From assembly GCA_951406725.2 (NCBI GenBank), contig OX597818.1, positions 123,256,001-123,320,000 of the forward strand: DNA of 64,000 nucleotides, read 5' to 3'. Of this stretch, positions 42,132 to 57,337 are shown piece after piece; position 1 is the first letter of the stretch, and every line of letters starts with the position of its first letter. The notes under the pieces were generated by a model, which saw only the letters and a program-made list of their open reading frames with translations, made no database searches and had not been told where the DNA came from. The translations under genes were made by a program, and so were the position numbers. This DNA is from Octopus vulgaris (Eukaryota).

Positions 42132-44055
42132 TACTGCTGATTCTATTTTTATGTTGAAGTGAATCTAACGGTTTTTGTGTGTTTCTTAAATGGCTTATAA
42201 ACACCTTCCACGCTGCAATTGTTTTCGTTCCAGCACACCATCTCAGATCAGGTCACTTGACTAATAATTATTTTAGTAATCATAAAATGTAGAGGAACAG
42301 AACTGATACCCCAGTAGCATAAATGTTCCATAACAAAATATCGGTTTCAAATTTTGGCACAAGGTCACCATGTTCAAGGGTGGGGGTTAAGTCGATTACA
42401 TCGACCCCATTGCTTAACGGGTTCTTATTTCACCGACCGCGAAAGGAGGAAAAGCAAAGCAAACCTCAGCAAAATTTGAACCCAGAACATAATGATGGGC
42501 GAAATGCCGCTAAGCCTTTTGCTCGGCGTGCTAAGAATTCTGCCTGCTCACCGCCTGAGATGTTAACACGATATTCCATCATGTTTTGTCCAACACTCAA
42601 AAGATATTTTTACTCTCCGATCTGCTTTAAATTTAATTATTAAAACAAAAATTATTATTAAAAAAAAATCTCGTTTCATTTTATTATCCTTATTATTCAT
42701 CCGTTGCATGATGTATTTATTAGTTTGTTTCTGTGGGTGGTGTATTTGTTGTTCTTTTTTCTTAGATGAAGCAGATATTGTTGTGTTCTTGAAATTGGCA
42801 CAAACATCCAAAACAAATGGGAGAAACAATGAATGTCTTGTTATTTCGAAATTAAGAGATCTGCTTGATACAGAGCTCACTTTCTCCAAGGGCCAGGTGG
42901 TTCTACTAAACCACGTACGATAATCCTGGAATTCACTTATCATGGTGTTACCAGTATTCTTGTTCGACGATTGGTCAGCCTTGATTTACGTGGCTTTCAC
43001 TAGTTACGAGATCTTTGTAGAGGGGGGGTGGAATACCTGCTAAACTATAGTTCCATATAGACATTATTCATATTTTTTTACTACTCCTTCCCTACTCCAC
43101 CGAGTATTTCTGATCTGATAATAAAGTTTCAACATAGAAAACGGTCAGAGATTTTGTTTTTCACTTGTTTTAATCATTCGAGTGCAGCAGTTACTTTTAA
43201 ATCTAGTGCTTATTCTATCGGGCGCTTTTGCCGAATCATTAGTTTGCGTGAACAAAACAAACCAACACACACACACGCGCGCGCGCACGCACATATGTGT
43301 GTATGTGTATACGAGAGGCTTCCGTATAGTTTCCGTTTAACAAACTCACGCTCAAGGTATTAATCCGCCCCGGGATATAGCTGAAGACATTTGCCCAAGA
43401 TGCCGCACGGTGAAATTGAACGCGAAACTATATGCTTGCAATGGAAGCTTCTTAACAGGACAGTTATGCCTGCGTTTGTATTTACGTATAGCTATGAGAT
43501 ATATTTATACATTGCCACAGTAGTAGCGGTTTCCATCAAATCAACTCAACATCATATTCCAGTTCTTAAAAATTAGTAAATAATCCATTAATTCATATAA
43601 AAGACAGAAAATCTTGCCTAAGCAAAACGTATTTAAGTATACAAATTTTTAGTTACTTACATACCAGACAACATGTATGTACTATTTTCCTTCAATTCTC
43701 TGAAAGAAATCGCCACGAAATAATTAAATCCTCTGAGTATAAATTTTTTAGACATCAGGATTTTTATTTTAATCCAATTATTATCTTATAATATTTATGA
43801 TTTCAATTTATTTATTCATTTATGTATGTTGCTCTTTCGTATTTAATTTTAGAGACTATTAGATTATTCACGTATTAATAATTCCTACGCAAGTTGGCAC
43901 TGAATAAAGTAGTGTGTGTGTGTATTTTTATCATGTACTTATATTATTTATGCATACAAACATATATACACATGCAAACACGCAAACACACACATACATA
44001 TAAACATATATATATACACTATATACAAACGTACGTACATACATACATACATACA

Positions 44056-44089
<34 letters not shown>

Positions 44090-44392
44090 CCTGTGTATGT
44101 GCAGGAATAAATACATCACAATTATGACAAAAATATATCTTTTGTGAAAAGCGAACAGTAGCAGTGTTTAATAAATGACAATGAAATTATCCGGTTTAAC
44201 GCCAAAAGATATAATTATATAAGAGTACACCTGGAACCTAAAGTCACTTCAAAATTTTAAATAAAGTTATTTGATATATTCTACATCTACAACAATAATG
44301 TATTCTATACCTACTTCTAGTATGGTCTTTATTATATCACCTAGATTTTCACAGGAGTATATAGACATGTGATGACTTCATCAGAAAAATGA

Positions 44393-44431
<39 letters not shown>

Positions 44432-44435
<4 letters not shown>

Positions 44436-45657
44436 CCTGTATTGGCCACAAGGGCCGGACCCTAAACGATGCACAAACGAGGGACAGTGAGGTTAAACAT
44501 GTAAACAGCAAACACGATTAACAAAGAGATCAAATTAACAATACGCTTCCTTAATAGGGGCTGGGGGAGTTCCACCGTAAGGTGACCAAAGAGACCTCAT
44601 GAACTTTGGACCCTTAATACCAACGGTTCGTCAGAAAGGCACCCTCTCTTCTCCCTTACCGGGTGATAATACTTCCCTCTCCAGTCTCACTTTCCTTTTT
44701 AGGTGGAACCTGAAAAAGTGAATCAGGCCTTGGTCGAAGAGTATAGAACGCATTTTCTACACTTTCAATCGTTTCCACCACACAACCTCTTTTGCCATAG
44801 CTACCAGACAGAGAAAAATTGCCCTCCCCTCCCGGCCAATAGAAGGAGACGGGGCGATTTCACAATGAACTCGGACGATAGCCAAATTCGTCCCACATGT
44901 AACAATAACTGTTCGACAAAGCTCCGCAAGTCAGCAATGCGCGGACATTGCACGATAGCATGCAGAACGGTTTCATCGCTCCGCGTGCATCTCGGTCAAG
45001 CCCGATTGACTGCACACTTGTACCTGTAGAGCTTATCTCGAGCCGGCACTGCCCTTCGGTAGCATTGCCAATCCAGGGATTTCTGGAAGTTATCCAAAGT
45101 TCCCGGCCCGAAAGTACTTCGGAACAGACCAACCAGTTCATTCCTCTCGACGCCCAGGACGTATCCGAATACGTCTTCGACCCTGTAATCCACTAATTCC
45201 CCATAGAACTCCAAGATGGAATTTCTACCGATCGCATTCCTCCACTGGTCGAGGGCTGTGAGCGCTTGGAGATACCCTACGTGCCAAGCGCCCCGCTTTG
45301 GTCTACGTTTGATCCACAACTGTAGCTCCGTCAAGGAGATGAGCTGCAGAAAAGCGTGTTCAACAAACGGCGACCACACCTGCACGCCGTTAAGGTACCG
45401 ATGGAGATGTCGCAGCCTTAGAACATGTCTGCACAACCTCATCCACGGTATACCCATTCTTCCACGCAACGAGGGCTGACAGCAGATGGACCGTCTGACG
45501 AGCGGTACCTATCCTCTACATAGGAAAAGGAAGAGCAAACGCACCAGCGCGTTCAGCCACGAAGTAGGAAAAGGGACGACAGTCATGTGGTAATAGATGC
45601 CGGATGCGATGTACGCATTCGCCACATCCGCCCGACCCATGAACATGTGTATCATTA
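44432..45657 (-). mobile_element. Tx1/L1-like LINE 3' fragment
   Basis: GC-richer broken frames: [27 protein letters not shown] (zinc-finger-like) and LIHFFRFHLKRKVRLEREVL. 3' tail CCTTGTGGCCAATA. Confidence 0.65.
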
Positions 45658-45663
45658 TATATG

Positions 45664-45749
<86 letters not shown>

Positions 45750-45790
45750 CATATGTGTGTGTATGTGTGTGTGTGTTTACGAAAACGATA

Positions 45791-46046
45791 GCAAAGAAAT
45801 GAACAATTATCTGACGAACTTCATTAGCTTACAGCTCTTTCCTCAATACAATGTTGTAGACTAGTAGTTGAATGTCTGATTAACACCTTACAGTTTCATC
45901 ACAGCCTAAAACAAGGTGATTCATGTTTGAGACTGATGAAGCTGTAAGATTTTTTTAACTCAGACACTCAACTATGAGTTCGCCATATCCTATAGTGGAA
46001 ACTGTTGTAAGCTAATGAAGTTCATAAGATAATCGTATATTCTTTT
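45791..46046. repeat. Degenerate palindrome (old MITE-like)
   Basis: GAACTTCATTAGCTTAC pairs with GTAAGCTAATGAAGTTC; the inner CTTACAGTTTCATCA pairs with TGATGAAGCTGTAAG. Confidence 0.6.
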
Positions 46047-46097
46047 GTGTTCTCTTTTCTTATTGCCGCTCTGTACACACACACATATATGTTTCTT

Positions 46098-46240
<143 letters not shown>

Positions 46241-46329
46241 AGAGTTTACGAAAAAAACAAAAGGCGAAGACAAGTGGTGTACAAAACAAACAGATGTATT
46301 AGTATAACGCTCAGGAATAGAAAAAAACT

Positions 46330-46365
46330 CTTTTACGTTTCGAGCCTACGCTCTTCTACAGAAAG
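46330..46365 (-). ncRNA. Minimal hammerhead-like motif with CUGUAGA core (same family as 39366)
   Basis: Minus strand reads CUUU-CUGUAGA-A-GAGC-guag-GCUC-GAAA-CG-UA-AAAG, with palindromic ACGU replacing stem III. The element (46238-46443) lies between TA tracts. Confidence 0.6.
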
Positions 46366-46441
46366 GGACACAGAAAAAAACAAGGAGAGAAACAAGTAGA
46401 GAAAAGAAAAGGAGAGAAGAAATGTGTATAGTGGCTACTGA

Positions 46442-46486
<45 letters not shown>

Positions 46487-47159
46487 GCACGCATACGCAA
46501 ATACAAAGACACTCGCACACTCACACAAGCATTCGCTTTGGCTTTCCCTGTATCTCCATCTCTCAATGGCTCTTCCTCTCTTCCCATCCTCTCTCTCACT
46601 CTCTCTCACACACACACTCATTTTCTCCACTCTCTCTCTTAATTTATCATAGTCTATTAAACTTATTTTCTACTTCCATCGTTTTTTTTTGCTATCCAAT
46701 TCAATCATTATTTTTAGAGTTATAACGATTTCAAGTAATTTTCTTTCGATAATTCCAGTATAAGTTTCATGTTTGTTTTTCATTTTTTGATTTAGTTTTT
46801 AATTTTATTTTTTCATGCAATTAATTTTATTCCATTCAATTCAATTAATTATCATTGCATTCAATTACAGGCAAATCTTTTCAGATATTGAATGCAAGGT
46901 ATAATATCCGCTTCGCTTAATGCTAAAGGTGTGAAATTCTAAATAATTTACTTACAATTGACAAACTTTCATCAGAATATCAAATTGTATATGCAGTTAT
47001 ATATACAATAAAGGAAAACTGGCGCAGCCATGGCTACGTAGTAAGCTGTTTGCTTCCTAAATACATGGTACCGGGTTAAGTTCACGTTGAGTCCACCTCA
47101 AGTGTCTTCTACCGTAGTTCCGGATCAATTGAAACCTTATGTTTGAATTTGGTAATATA

Positions 47160-47697
47160 TATTAAGTTGTCCGCAAAGTTCGTGGCGATTTATATAGTAG
47201 CTTACCTTTCGACTTATTTTAGAACATGGTTGAGTCCATAAAATAGGATTTGACTACACCTCCATTCATTTAGAACACAGTTTAAGCTATCTTTTCGTGG
47301 AAGAAGGTTTATGTTAATTTTGTAACCCTTTAAAATGGAAGATAAGAAAGTTCATTTTCAGCAGTTGATGCTTTGGGAACCAGACAAAAATTGCTGCAGC
47401 TCGGCTAGGATGTGTTACCCCACCCTCCATATTCACCAGATATTTCTCCTTCAGATTTCCACTTATTCAGATCTCTGCAGAATAGTCTTAATGGTAAAAA
47501 TTTCAATTCCTTGAGTAACGTAAAAAGATATCTTGATGAATTTTTTGCCATGAAACTACCTCAATTCTGGGAAGAGTGGAGACACATTGTGCAACAAAAT
47601 GGTTCATATTTGGTTGATTAAAAAATGTAATGGCAAGTATTTATTCACCTTTTTCTTGCCTTTAAATATTGGCACGAACTTTCCGGACAACCCAATA
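47160..47697 (+). mobile_element. Internally deleted mariner element
   Basis: Matching TIRs (GTTGTCCG.AAAGTTCGTG and CACGAACTTTCCGGACAAC). The start MEDKKVHF is fused to LPHPPYSPDISPSDFHLF, the mariner catalytic motif. Confidence 0.9.
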
Positions 47698-47949
47698 CTA
47701 TTCTAGTAAAACCGTAAAAAAGATTTCGCACACTGTCAGTTAGAGTTTCACATTACTGTTCATCAGACAGTACTGATAATAGAGACTAATAAAGAAACTT
47801 ATATATTGTGATCACATATAGGCGTTTATGGGTTCAATTTCAACGAATAAGTTTTAAAAGTGATTGAGTAATTATTTGACAAAAAATAACGGTGTGCAAT
47901 GGGAAGGAACTGGAAATTGATTTTAACGGCGAAATAAATATAAACAATA

Positions 47950-48335
47950 GGCGCAGGAGTGGCTGTGTGGTAAGTAGCTTGTTTACCAACCACATGGTTC
48001 CGGGTTTAGTCCCACTGCGTGACACCTTGCGCAAGTGTCTTCTACTGTAGCCTCGGGCCGACCAAAGCCTTGTGAGTGGATTTGGTAGACGGAAACTGAA
48101 AGAAGCTCGTCGTGTATATGTATATATATATGTACGTATATGTGTATGTGTGCGTGTATGTTTGTGTTTGTTCCCCTAGCATTGCTTGACAACCGATGTT
48201 GGTGTGTTTATGTCCCCGTCACTTAGCAGTTCGGCAAAAGAGACCGATAGAACGAGTTGCTCGATTAAAAGTCGGTGCTCCAGCATGGCCGCAGTCAAAT
48301 GACTGAAACAAGTAAAAGAGTAAAAGAGTAAGAGT
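47950..48335 (+). mobile_element. SINE family A
   Basis: Homology to 13271-13650. Confidence 0.85.
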
Positions 48336-48698
48336 AATAGTTAAATAATAAGAAATACTTTGGGTAAAAGATATGCAATAGAAGCAAAAGACTATATGGG
48401 GATTAAGAATTTGCAAGTAATTAAAAAGGATATAATAAAAATAGGCTGAAAAGTAAAAGCTATAGCTAAAAGTGAAATATGAAAACGAATAAAAATATTA
48501 TAACAATAACAACAATCCTTTCTAAGATAGGCACCAGGCTTAACATTTTGGAGGAAGGACAAGTCAATTACATTGACACCAGTACTGGTATTTATTTCAC
48601 CGAACCTGAAAGGATGAAAGGCAAAGTCGACCTCTGCGGAATGTCTCTAAGCATTTTGCCCGAGGGGAAAAAACATAAATAAAAATAATGATAATAAC

Positions 48699-48758
<60 letters not shown>

Positions 48759-48988
48759 AATAATAATAATCCTACCTACTTAAGGCTGAAATTTGGGGGA
48801 GGGTGATAGTTGATTACATCAACCCCAGTGCTTCACTGGTACTTTATTTATCGACCCTGAAAGGCGACCTTGGCAGAATCTGAAATAAGAACGTAATGAC
48901 GGACGAGATGCCGCTAAGCATTTTACCCGGTGTGCTAACCCAGTCTGCTGCCTTTTATTATAATAATAATAATAATAATAACAATAAC

Positions 48989-49053
<65 letters not shown>

Positions 49054-49785
49054 GCACAAGACCAAAGCCTCCCCACCAGAAATTACCAAAAACATGTAAT
49101 GAAAAGAAATATTACAAGTAACTGCAGAATATGTGGAGATGGACAAGAAACAATAAATCATATTATCTCTAGCTGCCCAGTCCTGGGTAAGAAGGAATAT
49201 ATTCACAGACATGACAGAGTTGGAACCAACATACATTGGAAGCTATACCAACATTATGGAATAACAACAGAAAAAAGATGGTATAGGCACACACCAGAAA
49301 AGGTCACAGAAAACGAGAAAGCAACCATACTCTGGGATATGCCGATACACACAGATAGAGAAATTAAGGCCAACAGACCAGATATAGTTGTCAGAGATCA
49401 TGAAGAAAAAAATGCTTTCTAATTGATGTATCAATACCGGCAGATGACAACGTGTCTCTAAAAGAAATGGAGAAACTCTCAAAATACAAAGACCTGGAAA
49501 TAGAGGTAACTAGAATGTGGAATCTGAAAACAGAAACAATTCCTATCATAGTAGGTGCATTAGGCATGATAAAAAAATATTCAGACAAATACATAACAAA
49601 AACACCAGGACTTACAAATACATATAACATACAGAAAATTGCACTACTAGGCACTGCACACATCCTACGCAGAACACTTTCCATACAATAACCATCAGAC
49701 CATCACAACAAATCACAGCACATACCCAAGGCACACAGAGCTGCGCTCGGTAGTGAAGTGAAAGCACGCTATAAAAATAAAACTA

Positions 49786-49790
<5 letters not shown>
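49054..49790 (+). mobile_element. 5'-truncated R4/Dong-like element in (TAA)n
   Basis: CCHC knuckle CRICGDGQETINHIISSC, then RHD, NRPDIV, KLSKYKDL and PIIVGALG, with one frameshift. (TAA)n on both sides. Confidence 0.9.
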
Positions 49791-49850
<60 letters not shown>

Positions 49851-50565
49851 ATAAAAAGAAGTGCTTGTCTTTGTCTTTGTTCCCCAACACTGCTTGACAA
49901 CCGATGTGGGTTTGTTTGCTTCGCTGTAAATATGCACAGGACTTTTAAAAATTAGTACTGGAGTTGATTCGTTTCATTTGCAATAATAAACTCTTCAAAG
50001 CCGCGCCCCAGCGTGGCTGCAGTCCAGTGACTGAAACCAATAACAGAAAAGATATCTCTACGTGCATAAACCAGTTCTCCATTCTCAGTAGATATATTTA
50101 GATTTAGTAATGAAGTTGCCTTCCTAGTTATTTTCGATTTCTTAATTTTGCCGCTACTTATTCGGCGAAGTCTTTTCTTCACTGAAACCTATATTAGAGA
50201 CTAGCGCTATTATTATAAATGGCGTTAAAGTTATCAATCACGGCAGAAACTAGAATGAATATGTCTCATTTAATTAGATATGTTATACGGTGTTGCCCGT
50301 AAGCATAGAGAACTCATTGCAATGATTTTGTGTTCTGATTGCATTTCTGACGCTAAAATAACACTTCGTAGTCAGATAGTCTAAAGCATATTGTAGTAAA
50401 TTTCTGCTCATACTACTATAATATACCGATCGGCTTTGATCGATCTGTGCAATTGAGTCATGTTTTACATTTACGTACAAAAGTTACCTTTAGTTTTGCA
50501 TTTGATTTAGTTTATTATATTATGTCTAGAAGCCAAACAACATACTGCTGTGCTCTCATCCATAC

Positions 50566-50619
<54 letters not shown>

Positions 50620-50712
50620 CTATTTATTTATCTATTTATCTATCTATCTATATCTATCTGTCTGTCTATTTGTATATCTATCTATTATCTACATTTCTCT
50701 TTTACTCTCTTT

Positions 50713-50779
<67 letters not shown>

Positions 50780-50841
50780 GTGTGTGTGTGTGGTGTATAT
50801 TAAGAAAAAGAAAGTGAGTGAGATATATCAATGCATCTGAT

Positions 50842-50882
<41 letters not shown>

Positions 50883-51088
50883 GGTTGCACACACTAAATA
50901 GATATGTATGTTTAGTGTTTCTTTTGCAATTTTTAATTCTTTTTTGCGTCGTGTCTGCGTCGTTTGTGATAGATATTTTCCAGAACAGTCATTGCTTTAT
51001 TGCATGTCTGACTGCAGAACAAATATTGCCAGGGCCTTCCTACAAAAATCTAACTTCGATTTTCTCACTTTTTACACGCAAAGGACAA

Positions 51089-51140
<52 letters not shown>

Positions 51141-51237
51141 ACACAAACATTCACACACACATATGCAGACGGAACATACGTATATATATAGGTATGCGTA
51201 TATATGTGCATACATTAATGCATAATACATACATAGT

Positions 51238-51271
<34 letters not shown>

Positions 51272-51277
<6 letters not shown>

Positions 51278-52026
51278 GTGAAATAGAAAGATGAATAATC
51301 TTGTAGTAGATTAATCAAAAGTTTAACCGATATCTTAGTAGCAAGATATCTACGATTAACCACTGCAAGGGGAATTACTCCTGTAAGACAAACGGGGCTT
51401 GGTTTTTTCACAGCGGGGGGTTTCCTTGACAAGGCAGGCTTAGATGAACACACACACACATAAAACATAATATATATATATATTTTTTTTCTTTCTGCCA
51501 CCCAACGGTTCTCACGGCAGTAGCCACTGACAGCCGAACGATCAAACGCACACACGTACACAAAAAATGTTTTCTACCCCTACGCCAACACACACATATA
51601 TAGAACAGTATACACACACACACGTCTCTAAGTAGATTTTTTCTCGCCCCTTATAAAACATCCAATATTCCTTAAATAGTCAGAACTTTATTCTCGGTCA
51701 CAAAGAACATCTACGCACCCTCACCCACATGATTGACCGATGCCTGACCCGTTGAATTCTTCAGCCACCGGTTCTCAACATACACTGATAAACAGTTTCG
51801 CCATGGGCTCTTAGGAGCATAGTTCGATTTGTTCTTGCTCCGCCTCTGTTCTGTTTTTGTTTTTCCAACGGATTTCCTATTTTCTTCCTGAAGAGAAAGA
51901 CACAATATGGTCCCATTATTCCATCGGATTTTGGTAATTTGTGCCTTTCGAAACACGTGTAGAATGAAATAAAACGATTTCTGTTCAATCTGCGTTCAGC
52001 TCCATTTCTTCAATTCACCAATAATG

Positions 52027-52028
<2 letters not shown>
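51272..52028. mobile_element. Hammerhead-bearing TA-inserted retroelement, copy 1 (internally inverted)
   Basis: The first ~60 bp match 61453 onward. 51597-52025 is the reverse complement of about 61610-62035. (TA)n flanks. Confidence 0.75.
51880..51970 (+). ncRNA. Canonical type-I hammerhead motif
   Basis: UUC-CUGAAGA-GAAAGACACAA...UUGUGCCUUUC-GAAA-CACGU-GUA-GAA. Long stem II and palindromic ACACGUGU. Confidence 0.85.
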
Positions 52029-52066
<38 letters not shown>

Positions 52067-52190
52067 CATACATACAAACATACATACAAACATACAAACA
52101 TACATATATATATATACACACACATATATATATATATACATACATACACACATACATACATATCTAGATATCTCTACATATATGCGTATA

Positions 52191-52693
52191 GGGATCTTTA
52201 CCTTTTGACCGGCAGATTTAGGAAATAATTTTTTCCTAACTAAACACTTTCAAACTTCGTATACTGGTAGAATGTGTCATAAAACATCTTTTACTCTTAG
52301 CGCTTTTGAGAAAAGTTTATATTTACGATGTTATTTCGTGTTAAAGTTGTCGTATTTCGGTTATTTCAACCAATGAATGACGTGTATTCAGCTGAATAAA
52401 ATTACTACTGTTGTTTGTCAACATCATCTTCTGGTCGTGTATATTTCGTCGATAGTTGTTGTTGATAAACAACGGCAGTAATTTTATTAATCTGAATACA
52501 CGTCATTCATTGGTTGAAATTACCGAAATACGACAACTTTAACACGAAATAACATCGTAAATATAAACTTTTCTCAAAAACGCTAGGAGGAAAAGATGTT
52601 TTACATGTCACATTCTACCAGTGTCCAAATTTTGAAAGTGTTTAGTTACAAAAAATTAATTTCTCGATCTGCCGGTCAAAGGGTAAAGATCCG
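52191..52693. mobile_element. Palindromic MITE-like element, about 500 bp
   Basis: GGATCTTTACC...GGTAAAGATCC termini. The arms pair over almost the whole length. Confidence 0.85.
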
Positions 52694-53291
52694 CATATAG
52701 TAATAATAATAATGATACTAATCCTTGGATGGAATTTCTAAATACTAGCACATGCTCGCTGCAACCGCCAAACACTGGTATTACCAGTTGGCATCATTGG
52801 GCTTAAAGGATATTAGCTCATATATATAGGAGTGTGTGTGTGTAGTTTCTCCATCACTGTGTGTAGTCCACTTAAGCACTAGGTAAATTGATGAGCAGAG
52901 GGGAATTGTCACAGTAAGCTCCTCCGAATGACTTGTGAATCAGTGCATATAGTATTTTGTGAAGAGTATATAAAAACACAAGCGTGTTCGTATGTATGGA
53001 CATATTATATTTGTTTTCACAGGGACCTAAATGCTCGTGGTTTATTGAAGTAAGCGTTGATGTGAATTATTGCGCAGTTGTAAGGTTTTAGTCGAATTAC
53101 ACGGGTTAAACGGATTCATGTGGATGTTGTTTAGGTGCAGAGCATCCCGGAATTAGCCTATATATGCTTCTGAGCGCGCCTGTGTTTGAGAGTGCACGCG
53201 TGTGTGTGTGTGTGTGTGTGTAGTGTTTTGCATATATTTATGTTTATACGCATATACATATACATAAACATACCTATACAGATGCAAACAC

Positions 53292-53343
<52 letters not shown>

Positions 53344-53398
53344 GATCATATTCGGTAAAAATTATGTATAATTATAATAGAGGGTTTCCATATATAAT

Positions 53399-53452
<54 letters not shown>

Positions 53453-54475
53453 AATTATCTATGTGTGTGTATTCTCGCACATATACACACATATATTTAT
53501 ATAAGGTTACATTACTCAATGTGTCGTTTTTTAAGATAAAAGAATTATACTTGAGAAAAATATGTCTGCTACTTCTAGCAGGTGGAATCATAACAATGGC
53601 TCATATCTGACTCATATAAAAGGTTTTATGTAAAAGTTATTCACTATTGCCTGTTACCTAACAAACATAGTAATTATTTTAATGTAGGAATTCCTTTCTT
53701 GTGATACATTAATGCAAAATCCACTGAAGATATTCTTCAATCTTCTTCAAGCTACAATCATTCGAATGAGAAATAAATTCATGATTAATGGATGTTGTTT
53801 TATCCGTATAGCTGTTCACTAGATTGTAGATAGTTTCATACCTTCATTCATGATTGAAGGTTTTTATGCGTTCACATATGTGGTATCTCTCTCTGTATTT
53901 TTTCCTTCTAGGATTAACTGCTTTTTTACTTCTTTCGCTCGCTTCATTTATTTTACATAATGCAAACCATTTCCTTGAAGATGATTTCAATATACTATAT
54001 TTTATTGATAAACGCTCCCTTATTATACATTCCTCTGTATCTAAGGAAACCAATATTTTATGCTGTGACTTCTGGATTTCTTTCGATTAATGAAGAAATT
54101 TCCCGGTAGCGCTTATGAAGAGAATACTATAGTGTATGTTGAAGGACAAATAAAATTGCTTCTACATTGCATATTGATATCATGTTCCACAAATGCTTTC
54201 AAATTTTAGCAAAATGTCAGAAGTTTTTAATGGAAGGTAGCAAGTCGATTATATCGATTACTTGACTGGTACTTTATTTCATCAACCGCAAAAGGATAAG
54301 AGATAAAGTCAACCTTTGCGTAATTTGAACTCAGAACATAAAGAGTTAGAAGAAATGTCGTTGTGAATGCTGATATCAACTTTGGAATAGAACACAATAT
54401 ATGTTAGACGATGTTCAACACTATTCGTTTTGCGTTACGTATTTGATACTTACCATATCCTACAAAGTAATGCTG

Positions 54476-54574
<99 letters not shown>

Positions 54575-54612
54575 AGGCGCAATGGCCTAGTGGTTATATG
54601 AAAATTGGAAGT

Positions 54613-54655
54613 CCACCTGAAGATTGTCGATCAGGACAAGAAACAATTGTAGTGG
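54613..54655 (+). ncRNA. Compact canonical type-I hammerhead motif
   Basis: CCAC-CUGAAGA-UUGUC-gaucag-GACAA-GAAA-CAAUU-GUA-GUGG. All stems pair, with palindromic ACAAUUGU. The element ends in TA at about 54837. Confidence 0.85.
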
Positions 54656-54849
54656 CGGTTTTTTTGACTTTTTATTAAAATTTTATGTATTGATTAAGTC
54701 TTTCCTTGTTTGTTTTGCAAAATAGTGGTTTTGTCTCTAATAATATTATATAATATTTTACTATAAAATTGGATTTAATCCTAAATCTGATTTTTTTTCC
54801 CTGTAAATTTGGATTTATTCCCTAATATTTATTATTATATATATATAAG

Positions 54850-54889
<40 letters not shown>

Positions 54890-54890
54890 T

Positions 54891-55454
54891 AGTATTAATT
54901 TATAAAAATATGGTAAAGTAAAAAAATTCACTTTACCACACACCGAACTTTTCAGAAATAGCAGCCAAAAATTTGGCTATTTCTTCAACTGCAAATAAAA
55001 GTCTCCAGACAATGCATACTCAGAAAATAACTCACATAGGTATAAGGGAAAAGCAATGAAAGATCACATCCATATACGATACCCGAGGACAGTCTGTTTC
55101 TGGATTTGTGGGTAAAACGCCACTTTTCCTTCATCAGCTCAGAGATTTCTTCTGATTTAGATTTGAAAATACTAAGAATCTAACATACCCGTCCGATATC
55201 TGTAACATCGGACAAACCATGCCAGACACCCAGTACTAGCGAATCCAAAAATACGAATGAGATCTATCATTCTCCCTGTCCACCGACGTGAGTCATAGAG
55301 CATTACATTTCTACAGAGGTAAAAACTGCAGTTCAAATTCTTGGAGATAAAGCATTATATTGTCATCAAAAAAAGGGTAGAATTAATTAATTGTTAATAA
55401 ATTCGACCAAGCAGTATTCGGTATGTAAAAACCATTTACGGTATATTTGAAGTA
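54891..55454 (-). mobile_element. Hammerhead-bearing element, about 560 bp, between (TA)n tracts
   Basis: Contains the hammerhead at 55082-55143. Both ends are homologous to adjacent segments of the 55576-56270 element. Confidence 0.65.
55082..55143 (-). ncRNA. Type-I hammerhead motif
   Basis: Minus strand reads UCUGAG-CUGAUGA-A-GGA..GUGG..CCAC..UCC-A-GAAA-CAGACU-GUC-CUCGGG. Confidence 0.8.
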
Positions 55455-55471
55455 TATATATATATATATAA

Positions 55472-56315
<844 letters not shown>

Positions 56316-56699
56316 CAAGGTAGCGTGCTAGCTCGCTGCGCAAAATACGTAACGGCATTTCGTCGTCTTCATGTTTTGTGTTCAGATTCCGCCGAGGTCG
56401 ACTTTTCCTTTCATCCTTTCGAGGTCAATAAAATAAGTACCAGTTGAATACTGGCCTCGATGTAACCGATTTACCCATCTTCTAAACAAAAATGCTGACT
56501 CTGTGCCAAAATTTAAAACCGATATAATTTATGTATTTGATATTTATATACTATAAACTAATGTTGATATTTCCCGCATAATTGTGGTTGGGTATCGCAG
56601 TTTTTCTTTTACTTGTTTTATTTAGACTTCCTCAGATAAACTTCGATGTACTGGACGAAATAATTAAGAGAATGTCACAAACATTGTACATAACACTTT

Positions 56700-57337
56700 T
56701 TATTACGGGTACAAGGCCTGAAATTTGTTGGGAGAGAGTTAACCGATTACAGTGCTGAAGTACCTGTGCTCAATTTGTACATATTTTATCGACCCCTAAA
56801 GGATGAAAGACAAAGCCGATCTCGGTGGCATTTGAACTCAGAACGTAAATCTGGAAGAAATGCCGGGTGCATTCTGCTCGGCATACTAACGATTCTGCCA
56901 GCTAACTGCCACAAGGGCAGCTTGGGGGAGGTAGGGATGAGTCGATTACATCGACCTCAATGTTCAACTGGTACTTATTTTATCAATCTCGAAAATTTGA
57001 AAGACAAAGTCGATTTCGGCGGAATTTGAAATCAGAACGTAGCGTCGGGCGAAATACCGCTCAGAATTTCGTCCAACGTGCTAACAACTCTGCGAGCTCA
57101 CCGCCTGGACATTGTATTTAATAATCCTTTCTACTGGAGGCACAAGGCCTCAGATTTGTGGGGAGGGGACTTAGTCGATCCATCGACCCTAGTGTTTCAC
57201 TGGTGCTTAATTTATCGATCCAGAAAAGATCAAAGGTAATGTGGACCTCGGGGGAATTTGAACTCAGAACGTAGCGACGGGCGAAATACCGCTAAGCATG
57301 CCAACAGCATGATAACAAATCAGCCAGCTCGCCACCT
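56700..57337 (-). mobile_element. Three diverged SINE family B copies
   Basis: Repeated reverse-complement GGAATTTGAACTCAGAACGT. Other minus copies lie at about 12240-12445, 42345-42556, 48520-48950 and 54200-54360. Confidence 0.7.

Noticed and set aside
45930-46012. CUGAUGA...GAAAC inside a palindrome
   Set aside because: There is no stem I. It is explained by the MITE-like inverted repeat.
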